Shown here in pieces: positions 23,032 through 36,489 of a stretch of 64,000 nt of DNA. The stretch comes from Azolla caroliniana (taxonomy: Eukaryota > Plantae > Polypodiophyta). The translations under genes were made by a program, and so were the position numbers. The DNA lies in contig JBHGNT010000004.1 in assembly GCA_043228905.1 (NCBI GenBank), forward strand, positions 13,268,001 through 13,332,000, written 5' to 3'. Position 1 is the stretch's first letter, and each line of letters starts with the position of its first letter. The notes beneath the pieces were generated by a model. The model did not search any database and was not told the DNA's origin. It saw only the letters and a list, made by a program, of their open reading frames with translations.

Positions 23032-26000
23032 TTACTTGTCCGTTGGTTCTATCGGACCCTTACCGGCCTCATTACAGTTTGTCGTTGCCTCATTCTCCCC
23101 AGTTACCGGCTTGCCGTCTACTCCATCTTGGTGGTTGCCGTTTCCCTCACCGGTTGTCGTTTCCGCACCGGTTCCCGATCCGGTGTCGGTCCTTTGCTCA
23201 AATGGGTTCTTGGGCATCGGTCCTCTATATGGCTTCAATCTGAAATCGTTAACCCATTTACCTAGCACTTCCCCGGCAAGTGTCCCTAACTGGTAGGACC
23301 CATTATACTCACGTGTCAGCCAACACATGCCGGGCCATCTAAACCGTAGTTTACTCGGCATCTTGCCCATCCGGGTCTGAAATACTAACACCGGCTTGCC
23401 GATTTCGAACATTTTTTCATTTCCTTTCTTGTGCCGGTCGACCAATGCTTTCCATCGTCGTTGTTCCAATTCTAAGTGCAGGATGCTTGCCAGTCGTTGT
23501 TCCTCGAGTTCACACAGCGTTGTTAACCGTATTGCCTCCGACTCCTTCTCGTTCAGTCGTTCCCGTAGCTGGATCCGTAAGCTTGGTACTTGGAATTCCA
23601 CTGGCATGACCGCCTCTAGTCCGAACGCTAACCGGAACGGTGTTGTTCGGATGCTCGTTTTGAATGTTGTCCGGTATGCCCAAAGTGCGCTATGTAGCTT
23701 GGTATCCCAATCCTTTCGGTTTTCGTTGACGATCTTCCGGAGGATATTCTGGAGCGTTTTGTTCGTCATCTCAGTTAACCCGTTTGCTTGCGGATAGTAC
23801 GATGTGCTCCGTTTATGGACGACGTCAGGCTTTCAACTACTTGGCCGAGAAAGTGCTCCCCTTGGTCGCTTATTAATTCGATTGGGCATCCGTAACGGCA
23901 CCAGATGTATTCGTATAGAAATTTTGCCATTGACGCAGCGGTGTTGTCTCTTAAGGCTTTGGCCTCCACCCATTTCGTGCAGTAATCCGTCGCGACAATG
24001 ACGTACCGATTACCTGTTCTCATTGCCGGTGGTTTGAATGGTCCAACAAAGTCCAGCCCCCACTTCTGGAATGGTTCAAGTGGTAGTACAGGCTGGTGTG
24101 GCATCCGAGCTTGCTCCATTCGCTGGCCCATTCGCTGGCATAGGTCACATTCTTTTGCGGACCGTACAACATCTCTTAATGTAGTTGGCCACCATAGGCC
24201 ACTTTGCCATATTTTCCTGGCCGTCGCATCTCCGGCATAGTGACCTCCGGCAACTCCGCAGTGGGCTTCCCTCAGTATGAGGTCCTTTTCATCGTTGCGC
24301 ACAGCCCGTCTCCATATGCCGTCCGCGCCCTTGTGGTAAAGTGTGTCTCGCACTAAGCAAAAATGTCGGGTTTGCACCGCCAGGCGTTTCCTTTCATCCC
24401 GGTTCATCTCCTCCGGAGGCAGTCCTGTGCTCAGAAACTGGTGCATATTTGTGTGCCACTTGTCTTCCTGTGCCACCGTTTCATCTGCTGCCATTTCCGT
24501 AGTGACTTGAAACAACTCCGCATCCGGAAACTCGTCCGCTACTCCGTCGCCCGTCTCTCCGGACTCTAATCGGCTTAAATAATCTGCTACAGCATGCTGT
24601 ATACCGGGTCGGTGGAATATTTCGAACTCGAAGGTCCACCGGGCCAACTTACCGGTGAGTGACGCCTTGGACACTAGGTAGAGGAGTGCCGAATGATCTA
24701 CATGGAAGAAAAACTTCCTTCCCAATAAATAATGTCGAAACTTTGTCACACTGTAGATCATCCCTAGAGCTTCCCGTTCCGTAGTAGAGTAGTTCCGTTC
24801 CGCTTGGGATAGCTTCCGGCTGGCATAGTACACTGGCCGGTACCACTTTGGCTCCGTAAGCTGCATCAGTGCGCTTCCGATTGTGATGTCGGAGGCATCC
24901 ACGAACACATGAAATTCTTTACTCCAATCTGGAGGCTGCACTACCGGTGCTTGCGACAATAGTACCTTGAGGGCCCTATACGCCCTATCCTCGGTGTCGG
25001 TCCACTGGAATGGTGTTCGATGTACCGCGGCATGCAACGGTGTAGCCAGGTCGGCCAAGTAACGGAGCATCCGGTTGTGCCACCAGATCTGGCCTAAGAA
25101 CCGGCTCAATGCCTTTGCCGTTGCCGGCGCCGATGCTTCTAATATGGTTTTCACTTTGTCCGGGTCGACTGCAATGCCTTCCTTGCTCACAATATGTCCT
25201 AGTAGGGTTCCACTAGACACGCCAAATACACACTTCGCCGGATTCAAGCTTAGCCGGTACGCTCTACACTTTTCTAGACAAAGACGGAGGTGCTGCAAAT
25301 GATCCTCTTCCCAGATATAGACGGCGAAATCGTCAAGGAAAACCTGCATAAAAGCCGGTATATATTCACCAAAGATTTCCATGATGATTCGTTGGAATGT
25401 TGCCGGTGACGTTTTGAGTCCGAACATCATCACCACGGCCACAAACACCCCCCATTCGGTGACGAAAGCCGTTTTCTCTTGGTCGTCGGGGTGCATCCGG
25501 ATCTGATTATACCTGCTGAATCCATCTAGAAAGCTATAGACCTCATGGCCGGCGACGGCATCCAACACTCCATCTGTGAACGGAAGTGGAAACGCATCCG
25601 TTACCGTAGCCGCATTGAGTTTCCGGTAGTCCACAAAAACTCGAATTTTTTCGTTCTTCTTCGGTACGACTACGATCGGGCTCAGCCATGTCGCTTTCTT
25701 TACCGGACGGATAAAGCAAACTCTTAGCAGTTTGTCGATTTCCTCCTTCACTTTGGCGGCATAATTGGGATTCATCTGGTACCGTCTCTGTGCCACTGGT
25801 TTTGCGTCCTTGCTCAAGTGAATCTAATGCTGGTATAACTAAGGGTCGAGCCCTCGTATGTCTTCGTATGACCAGGCAAACACGTCGCAAAATTCAGTGA
25901 GAAGTGTGATCATCGTCGTTTTGTCTTCGGACTTCATCTACTTGGCGATGTGCACCGGTTTTGCTTCGTCCGTGGTCCCTAGGTTCACCTCTTCAAGTTG

Positions 26001-28831
26001 CGACGCTTTTACGCGTTGTGAAACGGCCATTTCCCGTTCCAACGCTTCCTGCACTTGTCGTAACTCTCGGATTGCGTCCTTATCCGGTTTTGCTTCAGTC
26101 TCTTCCGGCTGCAGTAAGTATGGTGCTACTGCTTCGGCAATGTCAATTTCGAAGAGGGGTACGATCTTCGGGTTTTCCTGCAAGTACTGAGCTTCTTCTT
26201 CGTCAGCTAACCCTTCTAGCATGTTGACGCACTCTGGATACAACGGTGTACATTCCTTGCCAGTGCTTGTCCTTGGCTGTGTTGGTACACGTACCTTGGC
26301 TTTTCCTCGCCGAGAGGGTAATTATATTTTTCCTCCAATTCTGTTTGATATGTGCCGTTTTCAACCATGGTCGCCCCAACAATAGCGGGTACGCGCCTTG
26401 TGCCTGTAATTGTAGCACTACTGCCGAGATGTGAAATGTATGACCGCCAACGGTGACTTCTAATTTTTGTATTAATCCTGTCGGCCGCACTGAGCCTGTA
26501 TCGGCCATCCGTAACCAGAACGGACACGGCTCCCACTCGTGGATTCCCAGGGCATCACACGTCCGGAGGCTTATTACATTCACACCGGAGCCTCCGTCTA
26601 TTACTGTGCCGGGGAGTTCTTTCCCTTTTACAATGGCAGTAATTACCGGACTGTTGGTGTCCACCACCGTTGGTCCCTTCTCCGGATTCGAGAAGAGTAC
26701 CGGTGCCGGTGATGATTCTCCTGCCGTCATGGCTGTCTTCAGTCCTTTCGTGAATCTTGGCACGAGCTATAGGAGTCTTCCTAGTGGCAGCGTAATCTAG
26801 CATTCTTGCAACGCCTGCCATGTCTCGTTCTCGGAGTGACTGCTGCCGGCAAGCCCTACGGTGTTCTCTTTTTGCCGCTTTAAGTCTGTTACGTTTTGCT
26901 AGTTTGCTTTCTTCACCCATTCCGTCGCTTGCTTCCGGATGGTCTCTTGCGTCTCCCATTCCTTGGCCATGCCCTTCGACCTTGTGGTCACCTGCTGCAG
27001 ATCTACCACTTCAGGGACTACCATATTTACTGCCGGTCGTTTGTCATAGCTCTTCGCCGGGCATTGATTACTATAATGGCCTTCCTGTTGGCAGTAGTAG
27101 CAGTAGGCTTTCCGAGTATTGCTGGATTCGGCATTGTTTGTTGTACCCGGGGCAGGTCCTATGGTAAGCGCGGGGTTTTGGGCCGGTTGGCTGCTTGAAG
27201 CTCCTTGTTCCGGATCCCGTGGGTGGCCCGCCTTTTTTGAAATGCCGTTTTTTGTTATAGTTCTTATTGCGGTACTCTTGACGAGGTTGGTCGTTATATC
27301 TACCGTATTCCTCCCGTTGCTGACGATACTCGGGGGAGTGCTTCCGGTCGTAATGTTCGTATCGTCTATTGTAATCCCAGTACCGATCATATCTATCGTA
27401 CCGGTCATAGTTATCCCGCCCATCACCGTACCAGACATCATTCTCCCGTCGATCGCCATACCGGACATCCTGTGCCGGTCGGTCGTGGTCCATTCGCCGC
27501 CAGCGTTCCTCTTCTTCATCCCGACTGCTACGTGGCTCTATTTGTCGGACGGGCGGTGCTTTCCGGTTCAATAGATTATACTCGCACCTATCCGTTGTAT
27601 GGCCCTTCGATTGACAGATTACACATTGCGTCCTCATAGTGCATTCTAGTGCCGAGTGTCCGGAATTCAAGCAGGTTGTGCACTGTATTGCTTGCCGAAA
27701 CCGGAGGTCTTCATCGGACGGTAACGCCCGTTGGAGTGCTCCCAGTGTGAGCCAGGAGCTTGTCTTTTGCATCTCTCTCACCCGATCAATGACCTGGTCG
27801 ATGGTACTTGTGAGGAAGTCAGTTACTGTGCAAACCGTGCGTAGGGGTTCCCGGAGCGCATTTAGGAATATAGTCCGTAATTCCTCCTCGGGGGGTGCAC
27901 GGGCAAGCTGACTATGCATCCGTTGAAACCGGATGACAAACTGGGGAATGCTCTCCCCTGCCTCCTGTCGGATGGTATAAAACAAGCCCACCATTACTGT
28001 CTGGTCCACCTCCTTGTGGAAAAAATGCAAGAATTTAGCTTTAAAATCTGCGAAGGTGGTGATGGTAGACGGTTCCTGCGTCCGGTGCCATCTTGTTGCC
28101 GGTCCCTCCAATGTGACGCCAAATTCCGCTATCTTAGAGTGTTCCTCTTCCTTTGGGGTCAATCGCTGGGACACATGGTTTGCTTCCCATGTCTATTCAA
28201 AGGCGTGAACATGAGCTTCCGCGTCCGGATCATCTCTATACTTGGAGTACTGGAACGGCATGTCGTCGTTCAGTATCGGTGCGCGGGCTGGTGGTGTTGG
28301 TGGTCGTTCCAGGTTTTTCTCCGGCGTCGGTGGTCGTTCCTCTTCTTTTGGTGACGGAGGCCTCTCCTCCTCGACTTCCGGTGTCGGAGGTCGCTCTTCC
28401 TCTGCTTCTGGTTCCGGAGGTTCCAGCCTTAGCACTTCCGGTTCCGGTGTCGGTAAGGTGTCTGATCCTTTGTCCTCCGGTCCGCCCGGGGTTTCGTTGC
28501 TGCTACGGTAGTTCGTGTGCACGCTGTATCCCCCTTCGGAATCTGATTCATACGCTGAAAAGGCTTCTGCTTCGCCTTCTCCGCTTGCCAACGCCTAGAG
28601 AAGGGATTCGGTTTCCCAGAGGCTGCTTAGGCTGCTTAGGCTATTGTCGTCGTCCGGGTGTGATGTTTGCTGTAACTAGAGGGACTCCTCCGCTACTCTC
28701 CGGATTACATTGGAAAACGAGCGATCCACTCTAATTTCCTATGCTGCTTGCTGGAAAGCCTCACATCTCCTTTGCCTTTCGGCAAGGCGTCGAGTTCGAT
28801 CTATAACCAGGTCGTGCGTTGATCTAGTCAT
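23032..28831 (-). pseudogene. gag-pol of element E with several stops and frameshifts
   Basis: ORF pieces closely similar to the Gy1 polyprotein (FLDD, WGLDFVGP integrase core). Confidence 0.93.
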
Positions 28832-28865
28832 CCATTCATGCTGTCGTTCGCTGCAAAAACAAGAA

Positions 28866-28877
28866 TCGTGGTCGCCA
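28866..28877 (-). other. PBS TGGCGACCACGA (tRNA-Arg type) of element E
   Basis: plus strand tcgtggtcgcca, 7 nt from the 5' LTR, behind a T-run as in Athila/Ogre-type elements. Confidence 0.8.
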
Positions 28878-28884
28878 AAAACTG

Positions 28885-29319
28885 TGTTAACTCTTAGGGC
28901 CGGACAATGGCCTAACACAGGGTGTCTACGGAAGACACTTCACCAAAGGAGTGTTACGACAAGAGGATTAGGCTCAACGATTAATCCGACTTAATTAGGT
29001 TACTTAGCAAGATCGTCCTTAATAATCACACGCGTAAGATATAACAATGAATGCAGAACGGCAATTAACACATAGAGATAAAAACACTAAGCTTCATTAA
29101 TTATCCGCTCCTCATTACATTGTATCTGGGCCTTTAAATAGGTTTCCGGTTTGTAGTACAAAATGGTGCCATCCGCACCTGTTCGGGATCGGTCAGGATC
29201 CGGAACGGCATACCGATTCCGGTCCGTCCGTCCACACTAATAGCTTACTTACAACCATTCCTTAATAATTAAATAACTCCTTCGTTTCCCACTCTGGACT
29301 CCTATGCCGGCCGGTAACA
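28885..29319 (-). repeat. 5' LTR of element E
   Basis: direct repeat of 19395-19829. Confidence 0.95.
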
Positions 29320-30448
29320 AGTCCGACCTTGGGCTCTTTAGGAGTTCCTTGAGTGCTTGGTGCCTGTTGTTGCAATGACACAATAGTTGCTTCATGTTGT
29401 TGCACGCTTAACGTCAGCTCCCCGTGTTGTTTTTCTAGAGCTATTTGTTGAAGATCCCCCAACAAACGTTGATTTTCTTGTTCTAGTGCCTACAAATGTT
29501 TCTTTTAAGCGCTGGAGCTCCGAGAAAACGGAATGGTATTGTTGAGCACTAGCAATTGCCATTTAGTATTGAAGGAAGGAAGGATAAGAGGATTGATATG
29601 AAGGGAAGGAGGCATAAGAAGATGAGCAATTCGGTTCAAACTGTTAGGGATAGTACTAGAGGCAAGGAGAATTAGTACTAAAGATAGAAGGGAAGAATGA
29701 GGATTAGTACTAAGAAGGGAAAGAATGTGTGAGAGTCACGAGAGGAGAAGAGAGAGAGAGAGATAACAACAAGAAGTATATTATATGAAGAAGGATACTA
29801 GAACAACCAGGAGGCTTAAGACTAGCGTTGAACCGAATTGGTTCTGAATAATGTCATGTGCCTCTATTTATAGTACTGTCAAGAGTACTCCTGAAGTTTC
29901 TAAAATGTTTAAGAGTAATTTGGAATATACATAAATTTCCTATAGTGAAATAATAAATGAAAATAATATTATTTGTATTACAGTGTATAATTTAACGATA
30001 AAGGTTCAACCCCTGTAATACAAGGTCATTGGTTCAAATCCTTTTGGAGCCATACGATGCCATATCATGACAATTGGCATAGTAATACTAAGATAGTAGT
30101 AGTGGCTACATTTATAAATGGCCCTTATTATGTATAGTATATATAAGTATAAATACAAAGAGTGCGTGTAAGACAGAGAAAGTGCGAGAGGGAATGACGC
30201 CATAGCTAGGTGAGCTTAGACATCAAGAGCCTTGTGTGGCTGTTACACTCAGTGTTGAGAGAGTGTTGTAATCTCGTCGTCTAGTATATCCACTATATAG
30301 TGAAGATCTGTTTTCCCGTAGTTTTCCCCATTTAGGGTTTCCACGTAAAACTGTGTACCTTGTTCATTTTGTTGCTTTTTGTTTTCCACGGTAGTGTATA
30401 TTTTTTATTCGGTCTTCGTCTTCATGAATAGGGATCAAAACCTATCAC

Positions 30449-30800
30449 TTTTAGCGGATGGAGCAACAATTCCCAGAGGAGAGTGAGCTTCGGGTAGAAA
30501 CATCTTGGTAGCTTACATGCCATGGGAGGGGTATACAACGAACATTCGATATACGAAGATATACATCCTTCCACATTGAGAGACACGAGATTGAGGTTCG
30601 TGCGACAAACCAAGGTCCTGAAAGGGTTACTAAGGAAATATCTTAGTTGGATAGTTACGCACATCGACATCTAGATAATAATGGGGTGGTAAAATTAGGA
30701 TCCTGGGTAGAGATGGGGGATATTTTGGTAGGTAAATTGACACCTCATGGGGGATCAAATTTGCCACGCACACTAGAAGGAAGGTTATTACAAGCCATTT
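30449..30800 (+). pseudogene. rpoB: Plastid RNA polymerase beta subunit fragment (NUPT)
   Basis: translates to [80 protein letters not shown], with stops and deletions. Confidence 0.9.
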
Positions 30801-31539
30801 CTTTGTGGTTTCCCTGCAAGCAAGTAGTGTCTTATGGGCATGACCATATAATATCCCGTGGTGAGAATGTACCGTAGTATTCGATACACATGGATAAAGT
30901 ATGAGGGTTAAACTAGAGTGTAAAAAAAGGAAGGATTACTTTTAATACTCGGTATTGAAACAACCCATTAGGCCATGTGTGAACTTGCTTGGGGTCTTGG
31001 GTCTGGCTTTAAATATGATGCCTAGCGACCCTCATTTCATCATCTCTTGAATACGTCAAGACTCTTTTCTTGTGGTGGGTCAACGCTTGTAGCGAGCATG
31101 CCAATACCAGGTACGACTCGACGCCACAACGGTGGCATGGGACACTGATCAAGGCTCGAGTCCGTCTCGATCCCTTCGTTCGAGGGTGGTTGGGTGGATC
31201 GGCACCCTTCTTTTTCTCTCTCCTTTCTTATTAATCTATCTTTGTTATCCTTATCATATGCTTACTTTAGAACATAACTCTAACAGTTGGGAGCAGAGCC
31301 ATGTTTCTAATATTTCGTTTGTTGATTGTTTTCTTTTGATAGATGGTGATTGATCGGTGTGCAATCGACCTTGATTCAGAAAGGCATTAAAAAGCGAACT
31401 TCAGTAACTCTTTCTGATTTTTTTTTTCTATTCTTTCTTCTCCCAATCTAATCATGTATATTCAATATGTAATTTTCTTTATTGATTCAATTATGTTGTA
31501 GCGGTAATGGATTGGTTGTATAAAACGTATACATATGTG

Positions 31540-31795
31540 TATGAGATCAATACCTCATTTGACATATATTTGATATGTGATTCGTGTTGTATGCGTATGA
31601 GGTTAATATCTCAATTGCGTATTACGGTCCTATACATATGTTACGTATGCGTATGAGGTGAATACCTCGATTTCTATGTAAATGATATGTGATTGGTGTC
31701 ATATGCATAAGAGGTCAAAACCTCAATTGCGTATTACTTTCACCCTTATTTTTGGATGTTTTGTGTGCGTAAAGGTTATATGCCTCGATTACGTG
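31540..31795. repeat. About 5 degenerate ~55-bp tandem units, each with a GAGGT-N4-ACCTC inverted repeat
   Basis: gcgtatgaggttaatatctcaattgcgtatta, gcgtatgaggtgaatacctcgatt, gcataagaggtcaaaacctcaattgcgtatta and similar. Confidence 0.7.
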
Positions 31796-32984
31796 TCTTG
31801 ATTTCATCATTTGTTGGCTATTTTATGTTACGATTTTTTTTAGTATATACATGTGTGGTCACATGTATATACGTATTTGATCGTATATATGTGATAAACA
31901 TACATATGTGTATATTAGTTATTACGTGATTTTGTATATCGAACGTTGTGCTTTTCGGGGGAAGGATCTTGGTGGCGTCGTCACATTTTTGTGATAATGG
32001 CGTCATCACCATCCTTTTTTCAACATTTTTTTGTTGTCATCCCCGTTGGTCACTTCGATTTAGCTACGTGTTAAAACGAAACGATCATAGCCACAATGAT
32101 ATTGAGAGGGTAGGGCTTGACCCACTTCATGTGAGGTCGCTCCTATGACACACGTATCCAACACCCCTCCCTCATTACATGGATACAATGCCACCATGAG
32201 ATCATCATTATGGAAGGCATTCGTAATGACGTAACAATGTGATGGGTCATGTGTGCCTACTACGAAAAGAGGGCTCATTTGGCTTGACCATTAGGTTGCA
32301 CTTTGATGTATGCCATCGTAATTATGAGACTTGAGGTTAGGTCACGTACCAACATTGTTTTGTAGTAAACGAGGGGGAAATAAGGACTCTCGACATATAT
32401 GTTTTCTTTCAAAAAATGTATATGGGAAAATGCCTTTGCATATCTCTTATATGCATAGAATATTAAGCATTGACCACGAGCAACCTATTTGGCTAGCTCA
32501 AGTGTTTAATGCATTTGTTCTCGAGGTCTCGTGTTCGAAAATGACCAAGACCATACAACATTGTTGATACATATGACTATACCACATGTTTAGACTTTAG
32601 GTCTAACTGCACTTCGAGGTTATCGTAATAGGACTTAAAGAGCCGAAACCACAAGGATGGGCACAGAGACATAGCTTATTGTTAACGTTTTTTTGTGTTT
32701 AAACTATTCATGGCACAAACATACATGGTTGAGCTTCAGGGAGCCGCCATGAAAAAATGGATATAGAGATCATGGAAAGACATTCATTTGTCATCCCCAT
32801 GGTTTTTAAAACACCTTTGTGTTACCATAGTAACCTGATCTGGAACTTCATCTCATACGTCTCCAGGGGTATTGACGTGAGCTCATGATGTTTAATGTTT
32901 GCCCATGATATGTTTACATCACGACATGATGTTATGACTATTTTTCTGACCTTATCCTATTTCTTTGCCAGAAATTATCATTTA

Positions 32985-33287
32985 ATGGCTCATAATAATG
33001 ACCCAATGGCATCCACACAAGCGGAAGGAATTAGAGGAAATCCTCCTAGGCCAATCCCCATTGAGTCGTATTTTTTACAAATACAAAATTTCCGCAATTC
33101 TACCTTGCATGAGATGTCCGAACTATGACAATATCATAGTTCTCTTGAGGCATGTGTCATTAGTATGCAACGCGATACTAATAGACCCGATGAGCGTCAA
33201 GGTGAAGCATCATTTGTCATAAAGTCATTTACGGGAGAAAAAAAGGAAAGAACTGAAGAAGCAATCTGCATGTGGTTGAGCTGATGG
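32985..33287 (+). pseudogene. Possible first coding exon remnant of an unknown gene, cut off by the retroelement nest
   Basis: CTGAC branch point, pyrimidine tract and AG (32945-32971) just before ATG 32985; reads MAHNNDPMASTQAEG.. Confidence 0.3.
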
Positions 33288-36200
33288 GAATCTCCAGCCG
33301 ACGCGCCCATTTTCTTCGTCAAGAAAAAAGATGGATCGCTTCGTCTCGTCGTAGATTACCATGGCTTGAATAAGGTTACAATCAAGAATAGGTATGCTCT
33401 TCCCCTTATCTCAAATCTTTTAGAACGGATCGATGGTGCCAGGTTCTTCACGAAGATCGACTTACGGGGAGCATATAACCTCGTACGGATCCGACCAGGA
33501 GACGAATGGAAGACCGCGTTTCGCACCAGATATGGGCACTTCGAGTATACGGTCATGTCGTTCGGCCTCACTAATGCGCCGACAGTTTTCCAACACATGG
33601 CTAATGATATATTCTGAGATCTATTGGATGATTGTTTGATCATCTATTTGGATGATCTACTGGTTTATTCAAAGACCCAAGAAGAACATGATTCTCATGT
33701 ACTATTAGTACTAAAACGACTTCAAGAACATGGTCTGTATGCAAAGCTAGAAAAATGTAGTTTCAGGTGCAACCAAGTGGAATTTCTCGGCTACATCATT
33801 TCATCAGAAGCCATCTCCATGGACCCAGCTAAGGTCAAAACGGTGGTAGAATGGCAGACTCCGCGTTCGGTGCGGGATGTGCAATGCTTCCTAGGCTTTG
33901 CCAATTTTTACCGGAAGTTCATACAAGGTTACTCAAAGATTGTTCTACCTCTCACACAACTTACCAGGAAGGGACAACCGTTCATCTGGTCTGAAGAAAC
34001 GGACATGGCTTTCGAGAGTCTTAAAAAGGCATTTACATCGGCTCCAATTCTAGCTCACGTTGATCTGGAAAAAGCATTCATTATCGAAGCTGACGCATCG
34101 GATTTTGCATTGGGGAGCATTATGTCAGAACAGGGGAATGATGAGAAGCTACATCCTGTGGCTTTTCACTCACGCAAGTTTGACGCCGCCGAAATTAACT
34201 ACGAAATTCATGATAAGGAGCTATTGGCAATAGTGGATTCTTTTATGCAATGGAGGCATTTTCTGGAGGGATCCTCTCATCCAGTCACCATATATAGTGA
34301 TCACAAGAATCTTGCCTACTTTCAGGATGCTCGTGTGTTGAATCGACGTCAAGCTCGGTGGGCCCACTTCCTCACGCGTTTCGACTTCAAAATTACATAT
34401 CGTCCGGGGAAGCACCAAGGGAAGGGAGATGCATTATCACGACGTTCGCATCTAGCACCCCGTCCCGGCGAGCCAGCTTTCGATAACCAAAAACAAGTCA
34501 TCTTGGGACCGGCACGACTACTAGCAACACAGATCTTTGACATGCCCATGGATTCCCGCGTTATCGATACCATACGTGAAGACTTGAAGACTGATGCATT
34601 CGCCCAAGCTATACTAGCACAAATTGATCCCTCTCGAGCGTCGTGTTCACAGTCGCAACCACCAAGTACGGACTATCGGCAATTCAAATACCATGATGGA
34701 TTACTCTTCTTTAAAGAACTTTTGTATGTTCCTAATGGTTCTTTCCGCCTTCGAGTAGTTCAAAACTACCATGACACATATACATCTGAGCATTTTGGTA
34801 GTACTAAAACATTAGATTTAGTACAACGATCATTCTGGTGGCCCTGTATGCGACAATTTGTCGAGGATTTTGTTCGGACTTGTGATACATGTTGCAGAGC
34901 GAAAATGCCAAGGCATCATCCATATGGTTTATTAGAACCATTACCAATTCCAAGCAAGCCGTGGCAATCCATTGCTCTAGACTTCATCACAGATCTTCCA
35001 GTCTCTAAGGGGTTCAATGCGATTCTAACGGTGGTCGATCGATACACGAAGATGGCTCATTTCTTGCCATGTACTAAGGAGATCTCCAGTGAAGACACTG
35101 CCGAAATTGTCATGCGTGAAGTATGTCGGCATCATGGACTTCTCGATAGTATCATCACCGATCGTGGACCCCAGTTCAAACCAACGGCTACCACCCACAA
35201 ACCGACGGCCAAGCTGAACGAACAAATCAAACGTTGGAGCAGTATCTGCGGTGCTTTCTCAGTTATCATCAGGACGACTGGGCAGATATTCTCCACTTCG
35301 CCGAATTTGCCTATAACAACTCTATCCACGCATCCACTAAAGTTACGCCATTTTATGCTTATACGGGATGTCACCCCCGGTGGAGTGTACTTGAAACCCC
35401 AGAGGTGTCCACAAATCCGTGCGCGGAGGATCGTTTGGAGCGGTTACGCAAGATACAAGCGGATTTATCTACTCATCTCCAGCAAGCTCAACAAACACAC
35501 AAGGTCTACGCGGATCGTCATCGACTTCCATCGAGTTTTAATATTGGAGATCGGGTGTGGCTGCTACGACGACACATTAAGACTACTCGCCCATGTGAGA
35601 AGTTGGATTATCGACGATTAGGTCCTTTCCGTATTATTGGACAGATTAATGATGTCGCTTTTCGTCTTGATCTACCTCCTCAACTTCGGATACATCCGGT
35701 GTTTCATAGTTCTCTCCTCGAACCCTACCACGAGAGCACCATCCCAGGACGTCTTATCCAACCTCCACCCCCGATCGAGCTTGAAGATGGGCCGGAGTAC
35801 GAGGTTGCCGCCATCCTTGATTCCAAGATTATTCGCAACAAGCTCTACTATCTAGTCGATTGGCTAGGCTATAGTCCCAGCGAACGTACTTGGGAACCGA
35901 TCGAGAATGTGACCAATGCTCGTGCTCTTCTTGAAGACTTCCATCGTCAATATCCACACAAACCGGGTCCTCAATCCAAGACGACTCGTGACACTCGTCG
36001 TTTTAAAGGGGGGATAGTGTCATGATATGGCAAGACTCGAACCCATGACCTTAGGTTATATGGGTCGAGCTCTTGACCATTAGACCATCTATTGTAATAT
36101 GTAGGATATTATTTTCATTTACATTTTATTATAGGAAATTAGTGTATATTCCAGATTTCTCTAGAACATTCTAGAAGCTTCAGGATTACTCCTGAAAACA

Positions 36201-36312
36201 CTATAAAAGAGGGCACTAGGCATTATGTTGAACCAAATTGGTTCAATGCCAGTCTTGAGCCTTTTAGCCACCATTGTATATTCTCTTCATATAATACATA
36301 TCTTTCTTATCA

Positions 36313-36387
<75 letters not shown>

Positions 36388-36489
36388 CTCGCTCACTCCT
36401 TCCTTCTCTTGAAGAAGTTCTACACCTCTCATAGTACTAATCCTTCGTTTAGTACTAATTCCTTCTCTATCTCAGTACTGTTCCTGACA
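33288..36489 (+). mobile_element. Tcn1-like chromovirus M, 5'-truncated: RT-RH-INT-chromodomain, PPT 36005-36017, 3' LTR 36018-36489; inserted in the LTR of L
   Basis: YLDD RT, NYEIHDKELLAI RH, GPF motif, EYEVAAILD..YYLVDWLGY..TWEP chromodomain; TGTCA..TGACA. Confidence 0.93.
36319..36384. repeat. (CT)n microsatellite in the LTR of M
   Basis: direct reading. Confidence 0.95.

Larger units (their letters stand above)
19395..29319 (-). mobile_element. Full-length Ty3/gypsy non-chromovirus element E (relative of Gy1), 9.9 kb, with an extra 3' ORF; inserted in gag of C
   Basis: two 435-bp direct LTRs (19395-19829, 28885-29319) with about 11 differences by eye; gag-pol remnants; PBS. Confidence 0.95.
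17008..30072 (-). mobile_element. Tcn1-like chromovirus C inserted in the 3' LTR of B; 5' LTR 29642-30072, truncated 3' LTR 17008-~17235; most of pol deleted
   Basis: LTR homology 17008/29642 (tgttagggatagta..); Ty3-type gag remnants 18822-19394 and 29320-29560; RH/INT remnant 17240-17750; flanks attaa/attgg are only a partial TSD match. Confidence 0.85.
7660..30447 (+). mobile_element. Ty1/copia element B (Tork/Tnt1-like), degenerate; 5' LTR remnant ~7660-7926, 3' LTR split 16772-17007 + ~30073-30447; hosts F, C, D and E
   Basis: 7660-7926 is homologous to 30180-30447, both ending AAAACCTATCA; PPT gaagggggagt at 16760-16770; gag-INT-RT-RH remnants 7960-16750. Confidence 0.85.

Noticed and set aside
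19390-29324. TSD for element E
   Set aside because: Flanks TAGGC and AGTCC differ; a 5-bp deletion on the left could explain it, but no TSD is claimed.
31130-31175. T-arm-like GGCTCGAGTCC sequence, possible organellar tRNA exon
   Set aside because: Could not match it to a specific tRNA; left unassigned.
32489-32547. tRNA/SINE-like fragment (TAGCTCAAGTG..GTTCGAAA)
   Set aside because: Box spacing is too short and no cloverleaf, tail or TSD is evident.
36018-36095. Functional tRNA gene in the chromovirus LTR
   Set aside because: Acceptor, anticodon and T stems do not pair adequately; reported only as A/B boxes.
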